In this document: positions 51,965 through 60,838 of the stretch, piece after piece | How the letters are laid out: every line of letters starts with the position of its first letter | How positions within the stretch are numbered: the first letter of the stretch is position 1 | Source of the DNA: a virus | DNA length: 64,000 bases | IMG/VR virus record: IMGVR_UViG_3300025000_000061 | Location: 87,783 to 151,782 of that record | Reading direction: 5' to 3' (one strand) | The notes under the pieces: generated by a model | The model's input: only the letters and a program-made list of their open reading frames with translations | Database searches by the model: none | What the model was told of the DNA's origin: nothing | Program-made: the position numbers and the translations under genes

Positions 51965-52795
51965 ATGAGTAAAGCAGATCAAATATTTATCAATATGTGC
52001 AAAGACATTCTAGAAAACGGAACATATTCACATGGACAAATTATTAGAGCAAAATGGGAAGATGGAACACCTGCACATACAATAAAAAAATTTGGAGTAA
52101 CTAATAGATATAATCTACAAAAAGAATTTCCTATTTTAACTTTAAGACCAACAAATTTAAAAGCATCTATAGATGAAATACTTTGGATATGGCAAAAGAA
52201 GTCTAATAATATTAAAGATTTAAATAGTAAAATATGGGATCAATGGACTGATGAAAATGGTTCGATAGGAAAAGCATACGGTTTTCAATTTCAAACAAAA
52301 CACAAATATAAAGAAGGGTATTTTGACCAAGTAGATAGAGTATTATATGATTTAAAACATAATCCTTACAGCAGAAGAATTATGACTAATATTTATAATT
52401 TTGAAGATTTACATGCAATGAATCTTTACCCATGTGCATATAGTATGACATTTAATATTGTTGATAATAAGTTAAATGGAATATTAAATCAGAGATCGAA
52501 TGATATTTTAACTGCAAATAATTGGAATGTTGTCCAGTATACTATACTGTTACATATGTTTGCACAAGTAAGTGGTTTAGAAGTGGGAGAATTATTACAT
52601 GTTATTGCAGATGCACATATCTATGATAGACATATAAGTTTAGTTGAAAAATTAATTAGTAGGGATAGTTATGACGCACCTAGATTAATTGTTAATGATA
52701 AGATTAAGAATTTCTATGATTTTAAAGTAGATGATTTTGTTTTAGAAAATTATAAAACTAATCCACAAATTAAAAATATACCTATTGCCATATAA
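51965..52795 (+). CDS. thyA: Thymidylate synthase
   Basis: SRRIM, LYPCAY, QRSND, DAHIY. Confidence 0.97.
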   Translation: MSKADQIFINMCKDILENGTYSHGQIIRAKWEDGTPAHTIKKFGVTNRYNLQKEFPILTLRPTNLKASIDEILWIWQKKSNNIKDLNSKIWDQWTDENGSIGKAYGFQFQTKHKYKEGYFDQVDRVLYDLKHNPYSRRIMTNIYNFEDLHAMNLYPCAYSMTFNIVDNKLNGILNQRSNDILTANNWNVVQYTILLHMFAQVSGLEVGELLHVIADAHIYDRHISLVEKLISRDSYDAPRLIVNDKIKNFYDFKVDDFVLENYKTNPQIKNIPIAI

Positions 52796-52796
52796 T

Positions 52797-53336
52797 ATGA
52801 ATATAATTGTTGCTGTAGATAGTAATTGGGGAATAGGATATAAGAATAAATTATTACAAATTATACCTGAAGATTTAAAACTATTTAAACAACTAACTAA
52901 TAATAAAATAATTATTATGGGTAGAGAAACATTTGAATCTTTACCCAATAAACAACCTTTAAGGAATAGAATTAATATTGTTTTGAGCAGAAATAAAAAT
53001 TTCATTGATGTTAGCAATAAAAACAAACAACTAATAGTTTATCAATCAATAGATGAATTGTTTATGAAATTAAAAAATGTTATACATTATAACTCAAACA
53101 AAATATTTATTATTGGTGGGGAGTCTGTTTATAAACAATTTATACCTTATTGTGAAAAAGCATATGTTACAAAAATAAATAAATCTTATAAAGCAGATAG
53201 GTATTTTGTTAATTTAGATAAGAATGATAAATGGAAATTAATAAATAAAAGTGAAAATAAATTGTTTAATAGCGAAAATGAATTAATTAAATATAGTTTT
53301 TTAGAATATAAAAACAATTTAATAATGGAATATTAA
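52797..53336 (+). CDS. folA: Dihydrofolate reductase
   Basis: IVAVD..GIG, MGRETFES, R.NIVLS, IIGG. Confidence 0.96.
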   Translation: MNIIVAVDSNWGIGYKNKLLQIIPEDLKLFKQLTNNKIIIMGRETFESLPNKQPLRNRINIVLSRNKNFIDVSNKNKQLIVYQSIDELFMKLKNVIHYNSNKIFIIGGESVYKQFIPYCEKAYVTKINKSYKADRYFVNLDKNDKWKLINKSENKLFNSENELIKYSFLEYKNNLIMEY

Positions 53337-53365
53337 AAAATTAATAAAAAGGAGAGTAATATACC

Positions 53366-53674
53366 ATGAACAATAATCTAAAAGAATTAAAAAATAAAAT
53401 TGAACGAAATAATAAATTAATTGCCGAATTTAAAACTCCATTAATAGAAGAAAATCAAAAACTAGAAAAAGAAATGCAGGAATTATGTCCACATAAAAAT
53501 GTTAAGAAAACTGGTGGTGGAATGTGGCATAGTTGGCCTGACTATGGTAGTTATCCATATTTCTTAGAATGTTTAGATTGCGGTGTTATGGCAACAAGTG
53601 AGAAACATTATCCTAATAATTTATATAATATTCTTGATAATAATGTAACAATTGATGAATCTAAAGAAAGTTAG
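53366..53674 (+). CDS. Coiled-coil protein with CPH..CLDC motif
   Basis: ORF with RBS. Confidence 0.7.
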   Translation: MNNNLKELKNKIERNNKLIAEFKTPLIEENQKLEKEMQELCPHKNVKKTGGGMWHSWPDYGSYPYFLECLDCGVMATSEKHYPNNLYNILDNNVTIDESKES

Positions 53675-53695
53675 AAAGGAGGAGTAAATTAATAC

Positions 53696-54247
53696 ATGCA
53701 TATTATTTTAATCTCAGGTAAAGCACAACATGGTAAAAATCAAAGTGCAGAAATAATTAAACAAAAATTAGAGCAATACAATAAAAAAGTATTGATAACT
53801 GCATACGGTGATTTAGTTAAATATATATGCGAAAAGTTTTTTAATTGGAATGGACAAAAGGACGAAAAAGGTAGAACACTTTTACAGTATGTAGGAACAG
53901 ATGTTGTTCGTACACAAAAACCTAATTTTTGGGTTGATTTTATAATTAGTATTTTGACTTTATTTAAAGGTGAATGGGATTATGTATTAATTCCTGATTG
54001 CAGATTCGTTAATGAGTTGAAAAGATATGGAGAAGAATGGGATACAACAACTGTAAGAGTTAATAGATTAAATTTTGAAAATAATCTTACATATAAACAA
54101 AAGAATCATCCGTCTGAAACAGAATTAGATAATTATCATTTTGATTATGTTATTAATGCAGAAAGTGGATTAGATAAATTAGAGATGGAAGTGAATGAAT
54201 TTTTGTATTGGTTACTTCCTATATTAAAGGAGGAAATTAATGAGTAA
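53696..54247 (+). CDS. Deoxynucleoside monophosphate kinase-like P-loop kinase
   Basis: SGKAQHGKN, RTLLQYVGT, DCRF.NE, HPSE. Confidence 0.8.
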   Translation: MHIILISGKAQHGKNQSAEIIKQKLEQYNKKVLITAYGDLVKYICEKFFNWNGQKDEKGRTLLQYVGTDVVRTQKPNFWVDFIISILTLFKGEWDYVLIPDCRFVNELKRYGEEWDTTTVRVNRLNFENNLTYKQKNHPSETELDNYHFDYVINAESGLDKLEMEVNEFLYWLLPILKEEINE

Positions 54248-54791
54248 ACCTAAAATACCAATCTACATAGACATGGATGAAGTGATTTGTGATTTCCTAA
54301 CTAAACTATGCTCAGAATACAATAATAAATATAATAAAGATTTAAAACCAAGTGATATTAAATCATATAACCTTTTACCATATATAGGTGAAGAAGGTAT
54401 TGAGTTACTTAAACAACCTGGATTTTTTAGTGATTTAAAACCAATTGAAGATACATGGGAAATAATATTTAGGTTGTTAGCAGAAGGTGAAGATATATTT
54501 ATAATTTCTTCTCCAATGAACGAATACAGTGTGTTTGAAAAATATCAATGGGTTCAAAAATATTTATCATTCTTTCCTATTAAAAATTTAATTCTAGTTG
54601 GTAATAAAGGTGAGTTGTTAGAAAGATTAGATAGAAATGGAATTTTATTCGATGACTGCCCATTATACATAGAAAAGTTTGGTGGAATTACGGTTGTTAT
54701 GGATAGGGCGTATAATCAGGGGATTGAATGTGATTTTAGAATTAGTAGTTGGGAAGAGTTTTATGAAGTTGTTAAAGAAATATTAAAATAA
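54240..54791 (+). CDS. 5'(3')-deoxyribonucleotidase (HAD, NT5C)
   Basis: DMDEVICD, K..WV, LFDD, AYN. Confidence 0.85.
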   Translation: MSKPKIPIYIDMDEVICDFLTKLCSEYNNKYNKDLKPSDIKSYNLLPYIGEEGIELLKQPGFFSDLKPIEDTWEIIFRLLAEGEDIFIISSPMNEYSVFEKYQWVQKYLSFFPIKNLILVGNKGELLERLDRNGILFDDCPLYIEKFGGITVVMDRAYNQGIECDFRISSWEEFYEVVKEILK

Positions 54792-54813
54792 ATAAGAAAA
54801 GAGGTCAAATAAT

Positions 54814-55518
54814 ATAGATAAAATAGGATTAATACCAATATACGATTATATTGATTATTTAAAAAGAAAAAGATTTAATAAGGAATTAGCAATCCAATAT
54901 ACAAAAGAAAATTATAATATTGATATTTCTAATTTAATTAATGATAAAATATGGTCTGGTTCAGAAGATATTACTTTAATTAAATGTAAAAATAATATAT
55001 ATGAGGAATATATGAATAAATCTCCAATAATTGAAAAAGATGATTTATCAAGAGAATATTTCACCAAATATGCAAGAAAATATTATGGTAATTTTATAGA
55101 GTATGTAGAAGAAAATTATTGCGACTATTCTTGGAATGATGAATTTAAATTAAGCAAAAAAGATTGTGTGTTTAAATTATTAAATGCTAAAGATGTACAT
55201 CATATATTTCCTTTAGTTTATGGTGGAGATAATAGTTTACAAAATTTAATACATATAAGTAATTACACGCATAAAATATTACATATGAATCCATTAGAAA
55301 AAATTAAAAAATATTGTTATCAAGCAATAGATTATATGTATTGGATGTGTAATTATAATTTAATAAATGTGTATGAAAAATATAATATATTTAATCTTTG
55401 TAATAATGATGTAAATATTGCTTCGAAATTAATATTAAATAGAATAGAAGAAGAAATGTTATTTTTTTATAATTATTTAAAAAATAATACCAATAATTAC
55501 CAAGTAATAAATAGTTGA
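54814..55518 (+). CDS. HNH endonuclease-domain protein (start ATA 54814 or ATG 55012)
   Basis: VHHIFPL.YGG.N...NL.....H...H. Confidence 0.75.
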   Translation: MDKIGLIPIYDYIDYLKRKRFNKELAIQYTKENYNIDISNLINDKIWSGSEDITLIKCKNNIYEEYMNKSPIIEKDDLSREYFTKYARKYYGNFIEYVEENYCDYSWNDEFKLSKKDCVFKLLNAKDVHHIFPLVYGGDNSLQNLIHISNYTHKILHMNPLEKIKKYCYQAIDYMYWMCNYNLINVYEKYNIFNLCNNDVNIASKLILNRIEEEMLFFYNYLKNNTNNYQVINS

Positions 55519-55549
55519 TTAGTTAATACATATAATAATGGGTGATAAT

Positions 55550-55675
55550 ATGAAAGTAACAATATCAAAACCACCATCGGAAAAAGCATTAAAAAATTGC
55601 ATTAAAGTATTATTGGATATAATTGAAAAAAATAATTTATATGATAAATATTTACCATTAAAAGTATCTAAATGA
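55550..55675 (+). CDS. 41-aa protein, candidate recombination directionality factor
   Basis: GGGTGA RBS; last small ORF of the early arm before attP, as for SPbeta sprB. Confidence 0.45.
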   Translation: MKVTISKPPSEKALKNCIKVLLDIIEKNNLYDKYLPLKVSK

Positions 55676-55737
55676 TACTTTTATTTTTTTATAAATTGGT
55701 TACTATAAATACAATGATAGATTGGAGGATAAAAAAT

Positions 55738-55893
55738 ATGTTTAGAAAATCAAATCATTTAATTCATGAAAAATCTCCGTATTTATTACAACATGCTTAT
55801 AATCCTATTAATTGGTTTTCATGGAGTCCTCAAGCATTTAATAAGGCAAAAAGAGAGAGTAAAGCTGTATTCTTATCAATAGGTTATTCATAA
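55738..55893 (+). CDS. yyaL: Phage-borne 5' fragment (51 aa) of a YyaL/SSP411 DUF255 thioredoxin-domain gene
   Basis: [21 protein letters not shown]...FLSIGYS; GGAGG RBS. Confidence 0.88.
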   Translation: MFRKSNHLIHEKSPYLLQHAYNPINWFSWSPQAFNKAKRESKAVFLSIGYS

Positions 55894-55897
55894 TGTT

Positions 55898-55947
55898 TTT
55901 TTACTTTAGTCAACCTGTCATTGGTGTCATGTTTGCTAAAGTAAAAA
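55898..55947. other. Putative attP of the serine recombinase
   Basis: 50-bp dyad, perfect 12-bp outer arms, centre TG 55922-55923, 6 bp from the recombinase stop; core encodes STCHWCHV. Confidence 0.85.
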
Positions 55948-55953
55948 CTTATG

Positions 55954-57471
55954 TTAATAAAATTGTATATCTAATTCAGCTTCATTGTCATCAATTCTAG
56001 TCCATACAATTTTTTCAATTATTGATTTATAGAATTTATTTTTTTCTTCAGCAGTAATATCTTCTTTATTTAGATTGTCTAATACTTTATTAATTGTAAA
56101 AATTTTATCATCAATAGATTTAATCTGATCAACATTTAAAGAATTCTCTAATTCATCTATCTCAACATCAACCTTTTCAATTTCATTTTCCCATTTAGAT
56201 TTTCTATCTAACCATTGTTCTCTAGTATAGTCACCTAATTCATATGCTTCATTAACTTTTTCTAAAGCTGTCTTAAATTTATTTAATTGTTTGCTTTTTT
56301 GTTTTATTATTAATTCTATTTTTTTATTGTCTTTATTTATTTCTGTAGGCATATTATTAATTAAATTATCACGATAATTAATTATTGCTAATAAAACCTC
56401 TTTCGATATTTCTTCAATATTACCAGAACGATTAGGACACTTATTGCCAAAAGCATCAATATACCAACAAGGTTTCATATAAATTTTCTCAGAATTTTTT
56501 TTCTTTAAAAAAGTTATAGAATATCCACATATACTACACTTAATAATTCCAGAAAATTCAAATACACCTTGCTTTGCTCTTGAAGGTGTTTTATTTCTTT
56601 GTTTAAATAATTCTATAATTCTATTATGTTCTTCTATGGTTTTTACTGGTAAATGGCAATTCTCAACAACAATCCACCTATCTCTAGAGTAATTAATTAT
56701 CTTTTCTCCTTTTCGAGTATTGCCTTTAGTTTTATTGCTGATTATTTTTCCCAAATGAGTTTCACTTAAAAGTAATCTTTGCACAACAACACCATACCAT
56801 TTACTACCACGTTCATAAGGTGTAGGAATACCTAATTTATTTAATTCAATTGCAACATTTTCAACTGTTAATAATTTATCAAGAAATAGAGACTTAATTA
56901 AATTATAAGTCGATAATTTTTCTTCATCTATAATTAAACCTTTTGTTTGAGGATTATATTTATATGGGATAGGTGCTGTTCCATTTGTCCAATTGCCCAT
57001 CTTGCTTCCAATTTTCTTACCACGCAACATTCTTCTTTTGATCATCTTATATTCCTGGCGACTCATAAAGGAAATTAATTCCAGAAATGTTTCATCATCT
57101 TCATTTTCTAAATTATAAACTTTATTAGGAGTAATAATTAATGTACCAGACTTTTTAAATATTCTTTTAATTTTTCCAGAATCTTCCTCTGAACCTCTCG
57201 ATAATCTGTCATAATCTACAACTAATACAGCGTCAAATAAATCATTTTCTATATCTTCAAGTAATCTAATCATCTCAGGTCTACCATCAATACTATCACC
57301 TGAAGCAACTTCTTTATAAATTACATATCTTAAATTATGCATTTTAGCAAAATCTGTTAATAATGAATTATGTTTTTCTAATGTTTCGTCTGTTTCTTCC
57401 AGACCTTTCGCCCTTGATTTACGCAAATATATAGCAACATCTTTTATTATTTCTGATAATTTATTTTCCAT
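55954..57471 (-). CDS. Large serine recombinase (integrase, SprA/SpoIVCA-like)
   Basis: YLRKS catalytic Ser, SG..RP, DRLSR, recombinase domain, CSICG Zn ribbon, coiled coil. Confidence 0.96.
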   Translation of the reverse strand: MENKLSEIIKDVAIYLRKSRAKGLEETDETLEKHNSLLTDFAKMHNLRYVIYKEVASGDSIDGRPEMIRLLEDIENDLFDAVLVVDYDRLSRGSEEDSGKIKRIFKKSGTLIITPNKVYNLENEDDETFLELISFMSRQEYKMIKRRMLRGKKIGSKMGNWTNGTAPIPYKYNPQTKGLIIDEEKLSTYNLIKSLFLDKLLTVENVAIELNKLGIPTPYERGSKWYGVVVQRLLLSETHLGKIISNKTKGNTRKGEKIINYSRDRWIVVENCHLPVKTIEEHNRIIELFKQRNKTPSRAKQGVFEFSGIIKCSICGYSITFLKKKNSEKIYMKPCWYIDAFGNKCPNRSGNIEEISKEVLLAIINYRDNLINNMPTEINKDNKKIELIIKQKSKQLNKFKTALEKVNEAYELGDYTREQWLDRKSKWENEIEKVDVEIDELENSLNVDQIKSIDDKIFTINKVLDNLNKEDITAEEKNKFYKSIIEKIVWTRIDDNEAELDIQFY

Positions 57472-57690
57472 GATATTACCACCTTTAAAATAATGTTATG
57501 GAGAATAGTAATAGATATAGTATTCTACATGGAAAGTAAATTATCCTTTTAGAACTAAAAAATTTATTAAAATTGATTTAAAATTATTGAATTAATATGT
57601 ATACTTTATATGGAAATCTGATATAATGAATATTAGGATAGTGAAATTGAAAGATTTAATTAGATTTGATGAATAAGGAGAGTGAAATTA

Positions 57691-58914
57691 ATGGGTATTG
57701 CTGAGAAGGAGATTGGAATGGAAAATGAAGTTAATACTACAATTAATACTGAAATTAAGAGAAACAAAATAGGTATATTTGTAGGTGAAAAAGATATTCG
57801 TAAAGATTATGAGATTAACAATGTAATTACAACAATTCGTAATGACCAAATATTTTCTTACAATTTTAATTTACCAATTTCAACTATTTGTAATTTTATG
57901 GATTCAGATATACTTCAATATATGCCTGAGATACAAAGAGGGAAAAAATTGCTAAGAGGTATTGAAAGTCCACTGATTAATACAACTAAAACGAAAGAAA
58001 TTGCGGAATGTATCATGAAAGATGAATTTTTTGGAGGAACATTAAGTTTTGTTATTATTGAATCATACCTTGATAAACCAGATGCTAAGTTTGAATATGA
58101 TGAAGATAATAATACCATAAACTGTAATCTACCTATATTTTGTGTTGACGGAATGCACAGGGTGTCAAGTGCAAGAATTATAAATGATTTATGGCATAAA
58201 GTTAAACGTAATAAAGATGGTATGATTGATCCTGAAAAATATGAATTTCCCATATCACTTATTATATGTTCGATGGATGATGCTAAACGTATTTTTTCAC
58301 AAAGCACTTTAAATTTAAAAATTAGCAAAGTTAGAAGCGAAGTGTTATCTATAGGTACGTATAAAAATATGATCACAAATGAAATAATTAAAAATAGTGA
58401 CTTACGTAATAAAGTAGAAAAGTATGTTTCAAATATCAAAAATACAAACAATATAGTAACTTATTCCGTTTTAAGTACACAAATAGATAATCAATTCAAA
58501 CCTAAAACTAAACTTGAAAGTGAAGAAATTGCTTCATATTTAACCGACTTTATGAATTTTTTAGTTTACTTATTCCCCTACAGCATGGGTGAGATGGATA
58601 TTACCGAAAGAAAACTTGGTAGAGAAAGAGATTATAGTATTGAACTTTTAATGTGGCAAGGGTATATCGCAGTTGCTAAAGCATTATATGGAGATGAAAA
58701 TTGGAAAGAAAAACTTAGAAAATTGAAACAATTAATAAGAATAAAAAATTGGGAAGGGTTCTTTTTAGATAGAACAAATCCAATTTGGAATCATGTTAAA
58801 AAAGGTGATGGAAAATTAGTAAATAGTAGTGCAACACAAAGTTATGTAAGAAAAGTATTTGTTATGTTTATTACTAACGAGAAAGAATTTTTTGAAATAG
58901 CAGATAAAATTTGA
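57691..58914 (+). CDS. DndB/DGQHR (ParB-like) domain protein
   Basis: IQRG, CVDGMHR, IF...L motifs. Confidence 0.75.
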   Translation: MGIAEKEIGMENEVNTTINTEIKRNKIGIFVGEKDIRKDYEINNVITTIRNDQIFSYNFNLPISTICNFMDSDILQYMPEIQRGKKLLRGIESPLINTTKTKEIAECIMKDEFFGGTLSFVIIESYLDKPDAKFEYDEDNNTINCNLPIFCVDGMHRVSSARIINDLWHKVKRNKDGMIDPEKYEFPISLIICSMDDAKRIFSQSTLNLKISKVRSEVLSIGTYKNMITNEIIKNSDLRNKVEKYVSNIKNTNNIVTYSVLSTQIDNQFKPKTKLESEEIASYLTDFMNFLVYLFPYSMGEMDITERKLGRERDYSIELLMWQGYIAVAKALYGDENWKEKLRKLKQLIRIKNWEGFFLDRTNPIWNHVKKGDGKLVNSSATQSYVRKVFVMFITNEKEFFEIADKI

Positions 58915-58934
58915 TAGGGAATGATGGTGAATTT

Positions 58935-58966
58935 ATACTCCTACTTAAATTAACAAGTAGGAGTAT
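58935..58966. terminator. Bidirectional terminator between convergent genes
   Basis: 12-bp IR ATACTCCTACTT/AAGTAGGAGTAT. Confidence 0.75.
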
Positions 58967-58972
58967 TTTATT

Positions 58973-59644
58973 TTAGGCAACAACTAAATTTCTATCTTTT
59001 AAAAACTTTAACACTTCATCATAATCTTCTTCTTTTACTTTAATTTTAATAGTTTTAAATTTCTGCTTTTTAACAAAACTCCAAGCATCATTATTATTTA
59101 TTAAATTCCAATCATTATCTTTTCTATATAAATGAATATATTTATTTTCTATTTCTCTTATTTCTTTTTCACTTAACCCTTCACATACCTCTATAATTTC
59201 AAAAGTAGCACCTTCTTCTAACATTTCTGAGGTAAAAGGAACATTATTATTAATTTTATTATTATGTTTTAAAAACCTCTTTCTAAATCCTTGAATTGTT
59301 GAACCTATGTATATATTGTTATCTAACACTATTTTATAAACACCAATTTTATTTTCATCTTTTTCATAAATTAAAAAACTAGGAAAATATTTTCGACTAT
59401 TATTTTTACTTCCTATAGACTTCCCTCTATTATCAATTTTTTCTATAGGCATTTCAAACACCTCATCAATTATAAATTTTTGACCATCTTTATGCCATTT
59501 AAAATATCTTTCCCAATTTGCAATTTGTAATAATCTACTTTTACCTTGTTTTTCTTTCTCTTCTAAAAGAAAACACATTTCTTTATAATTTTTAATTGCC
59601 ATATCTATAGATAATTTAATTTTAATAATATTTTCTAAATTCAT
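58973..59644 (-). CDS. GIY-YIG nuclease-domain protein
   Basis: GVYKI..IYIGST..RF.KH..E...I...N. Confidence 0.8.
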   Translation of the reverse strand: MNLENIIKIKLSIDMAIKNYKEMCFLLEEKEKQGKSRLLQIANWERYFKWHKDGQKFIIDEVFEMPIEKIDNRGKSIGSKNNSRKYFPSFLIYEKDENKIGVYKIVLDNNIYIGSTIQGFRKRFLKHNNKINNNVPFTSEMLEEGATFEIIEVCEGLSEKEIREIENKYIHLYRKDNDWNLINNNDAWSFVKKQKFKTIKIKVKEEDYDEVLKFLKDRNLVVA

Positions 59645-59683
59645 TATTATCACTCCTTTGTTCTAATTGTTTGAATTAAATAA

Positions 59684-59893
59684 TTAACTAAATATAATTT
59701 TATTTATCACTTCTTTTTGTTCTGAATAATTTTTCATAGCATTTCTTATTTCAGGTGATTCTCTAAATATAAATACATTTTTATTTTTATCTTTTAAATC
59801 AATGCGTTTATCAATTAAAATAAATCTACACATCATTAAAAAACCAGCCATTGCTTGCGAATGTATTATTACTGCTGGAATTTTTTCTTCCAT
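59684..59893 (-). CDS. Small protein (DUF5659-like)
   Basis: AGFLM..F.L......VFIF..S pattern. Confidence 0.6.
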   Translation of the reverse strand: MEEKIPAVIIHSQAMAGFLMMCRFILIDKRIDLKDKNKNVFIFRESPEIRNAMKNYSEQKEVINKIIFS

Positions 59894-59934
59894 AAAATAT
59901 CAAACTCCTTTAAACAAAAAATTGTATTAAAAAA

Positions 59935-60717
59935 TTATTTCATATTATTAATTCTAGGAATAATAATATCATTTATGTATTTATCATTTATTTCAGTAGC
60001 AATCCAACTTCTATTATACCTAATACATGATTCTATTTCTGTTCCACTTCCAGCAAAAGGTATATATATTAAATTACCTTTATTGCTTAATCCTTTTACA
60101 ATCCAATCGCTAATTTCATTACTTTTTTGAGTAGGATGTTCAGTTCTTAATTCCTTTTTCATATATGGTTTAGATGGTGCTTTTAAAATTGAAGTAGGAA
60201 ATCTATAACCATTATTTTCTGTAATTATATTTTGATAATCTATATTATGATTTTTACTTTTTGTTTTATCATTATTTCTATTACGAACATACTCGTTTCC
60301 TTGTGTTTTTAAATCATTTATATTAAAAACACAATTTGATACATTAGATTTCTTTTTCTTAAAAACTATAAATTGTTCATGTATTTTCATTGGTATATAA
60401 TTACTATTCCACATTGCTCCTGGTTTCTCCCATATCTCTTCAAATCTATAAACAAAATCATTTTCTAATGCTTCAATTAATACAAAACTTAACATAGGTT
60501 GTTGACCCCAAATAACTAATTGTCCATTATTTTTTAAAATTCTATTATATTGTTCAAATATACCTTCAATTTTATAAGAAGAATCCCAATTAACTTTATT
60601 TAATGGTAATTTACCATATGGTTTATCTTCAATTATTAAATCAACACTTTTTTCAGATAATTGTTTCATAAAATTAATACAATTATCATTATAAATTTTA
60701 TTAATTTCAATTATAAT
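59935..60717 (-). CDS. N4/N6 DNA methyltransferase (beta class); probable ATT/ATA start
   Basis: INKIYNDNC upstream extension, DKPY motif IV, HPTQK, PFAGSG. Confidence 0.85.
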   Translation of the reverse strand: MIIEINKIYNDNCINFMKQLSEKSVDLIIEDKPYGKLPLNKVNWDSSYKIEGIFEQYNRILKNNGQLVIWGQQPMLSFVLIEALENDFVYRFEEIWEKPGAMWNSNYIPMKIHEQFIVFKKKKSNVSNCVFNINDLKTQGNEYVRNRNNDKTKSKNHNIDYQNIITENNGYRFPTSILKAPSKPYMKKELRTEHPTQKSNEISDWIVKGLSNKGNLIYIPFAGSGTEIESCIRYNRSWIATEINDKYINDIIIPRINNMK

Positions 60718-60777
60718 TTCCCATCACCTCATTAATAATTATATAAACTTATACAAAACTACATAAAATAAAAAACA

Positions 60778-60811
60778 AAATAGAGGTAGTCATCAAAAAC
60801 TACCTCTATTT
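60778..60811 (-). terminator. Hairpin terminator
   Basis: 13-bp IR with T-run on the - strand. Confidence 0.65.
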
Positions 60812-60838
60812 ATCCAATATTTACCATATGAAATTTAC

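Noticed and set aside
1147-53026. Minus-strand ORFs in the track (1147, 6576, 7691, 11768, 12135, 18388, 18731, 20850, 22967, 28271, 32953, 33464, 36749, 39170, 42170, 47678, 48874, 50633, 52742)
   Set aside because: Antisense shadows of well-supported + strand genes, with F/L/I/S-biased composition and no RBS.
55688-55716. Sporulation SigE-like promoter (ATA...ATACAAT) before the yyaL fragment
   Set aside because: Spacing is about 2 bp short and such words are common in AT-rich DNA.
55672-55737. Longer N-terminus of the yyaL fragment given by the ORF track
   Set aside because: The GGAGG RBS and family similarity both point to ATG 55738.
55891-55893. Selenocysteine or simple stop readthrough to explain the yyaL break
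   Set aside because: The stop is TAA, not TGA, and the continuation is in a different frame 22 nt downstream.
55891-55960. Prophage boundary (attL/attR) with host DNA
   Set aside because: The yyaL-like sequence ends at CHV(C)* and both flanks are phage genes, consistent with attP.
57915-60130. ORFs 57915-58451 (-) and 59855-60130 (+); also 37412-37594 (+)
   Set aside because: They overlap better-supported genes on the other strand or frame.
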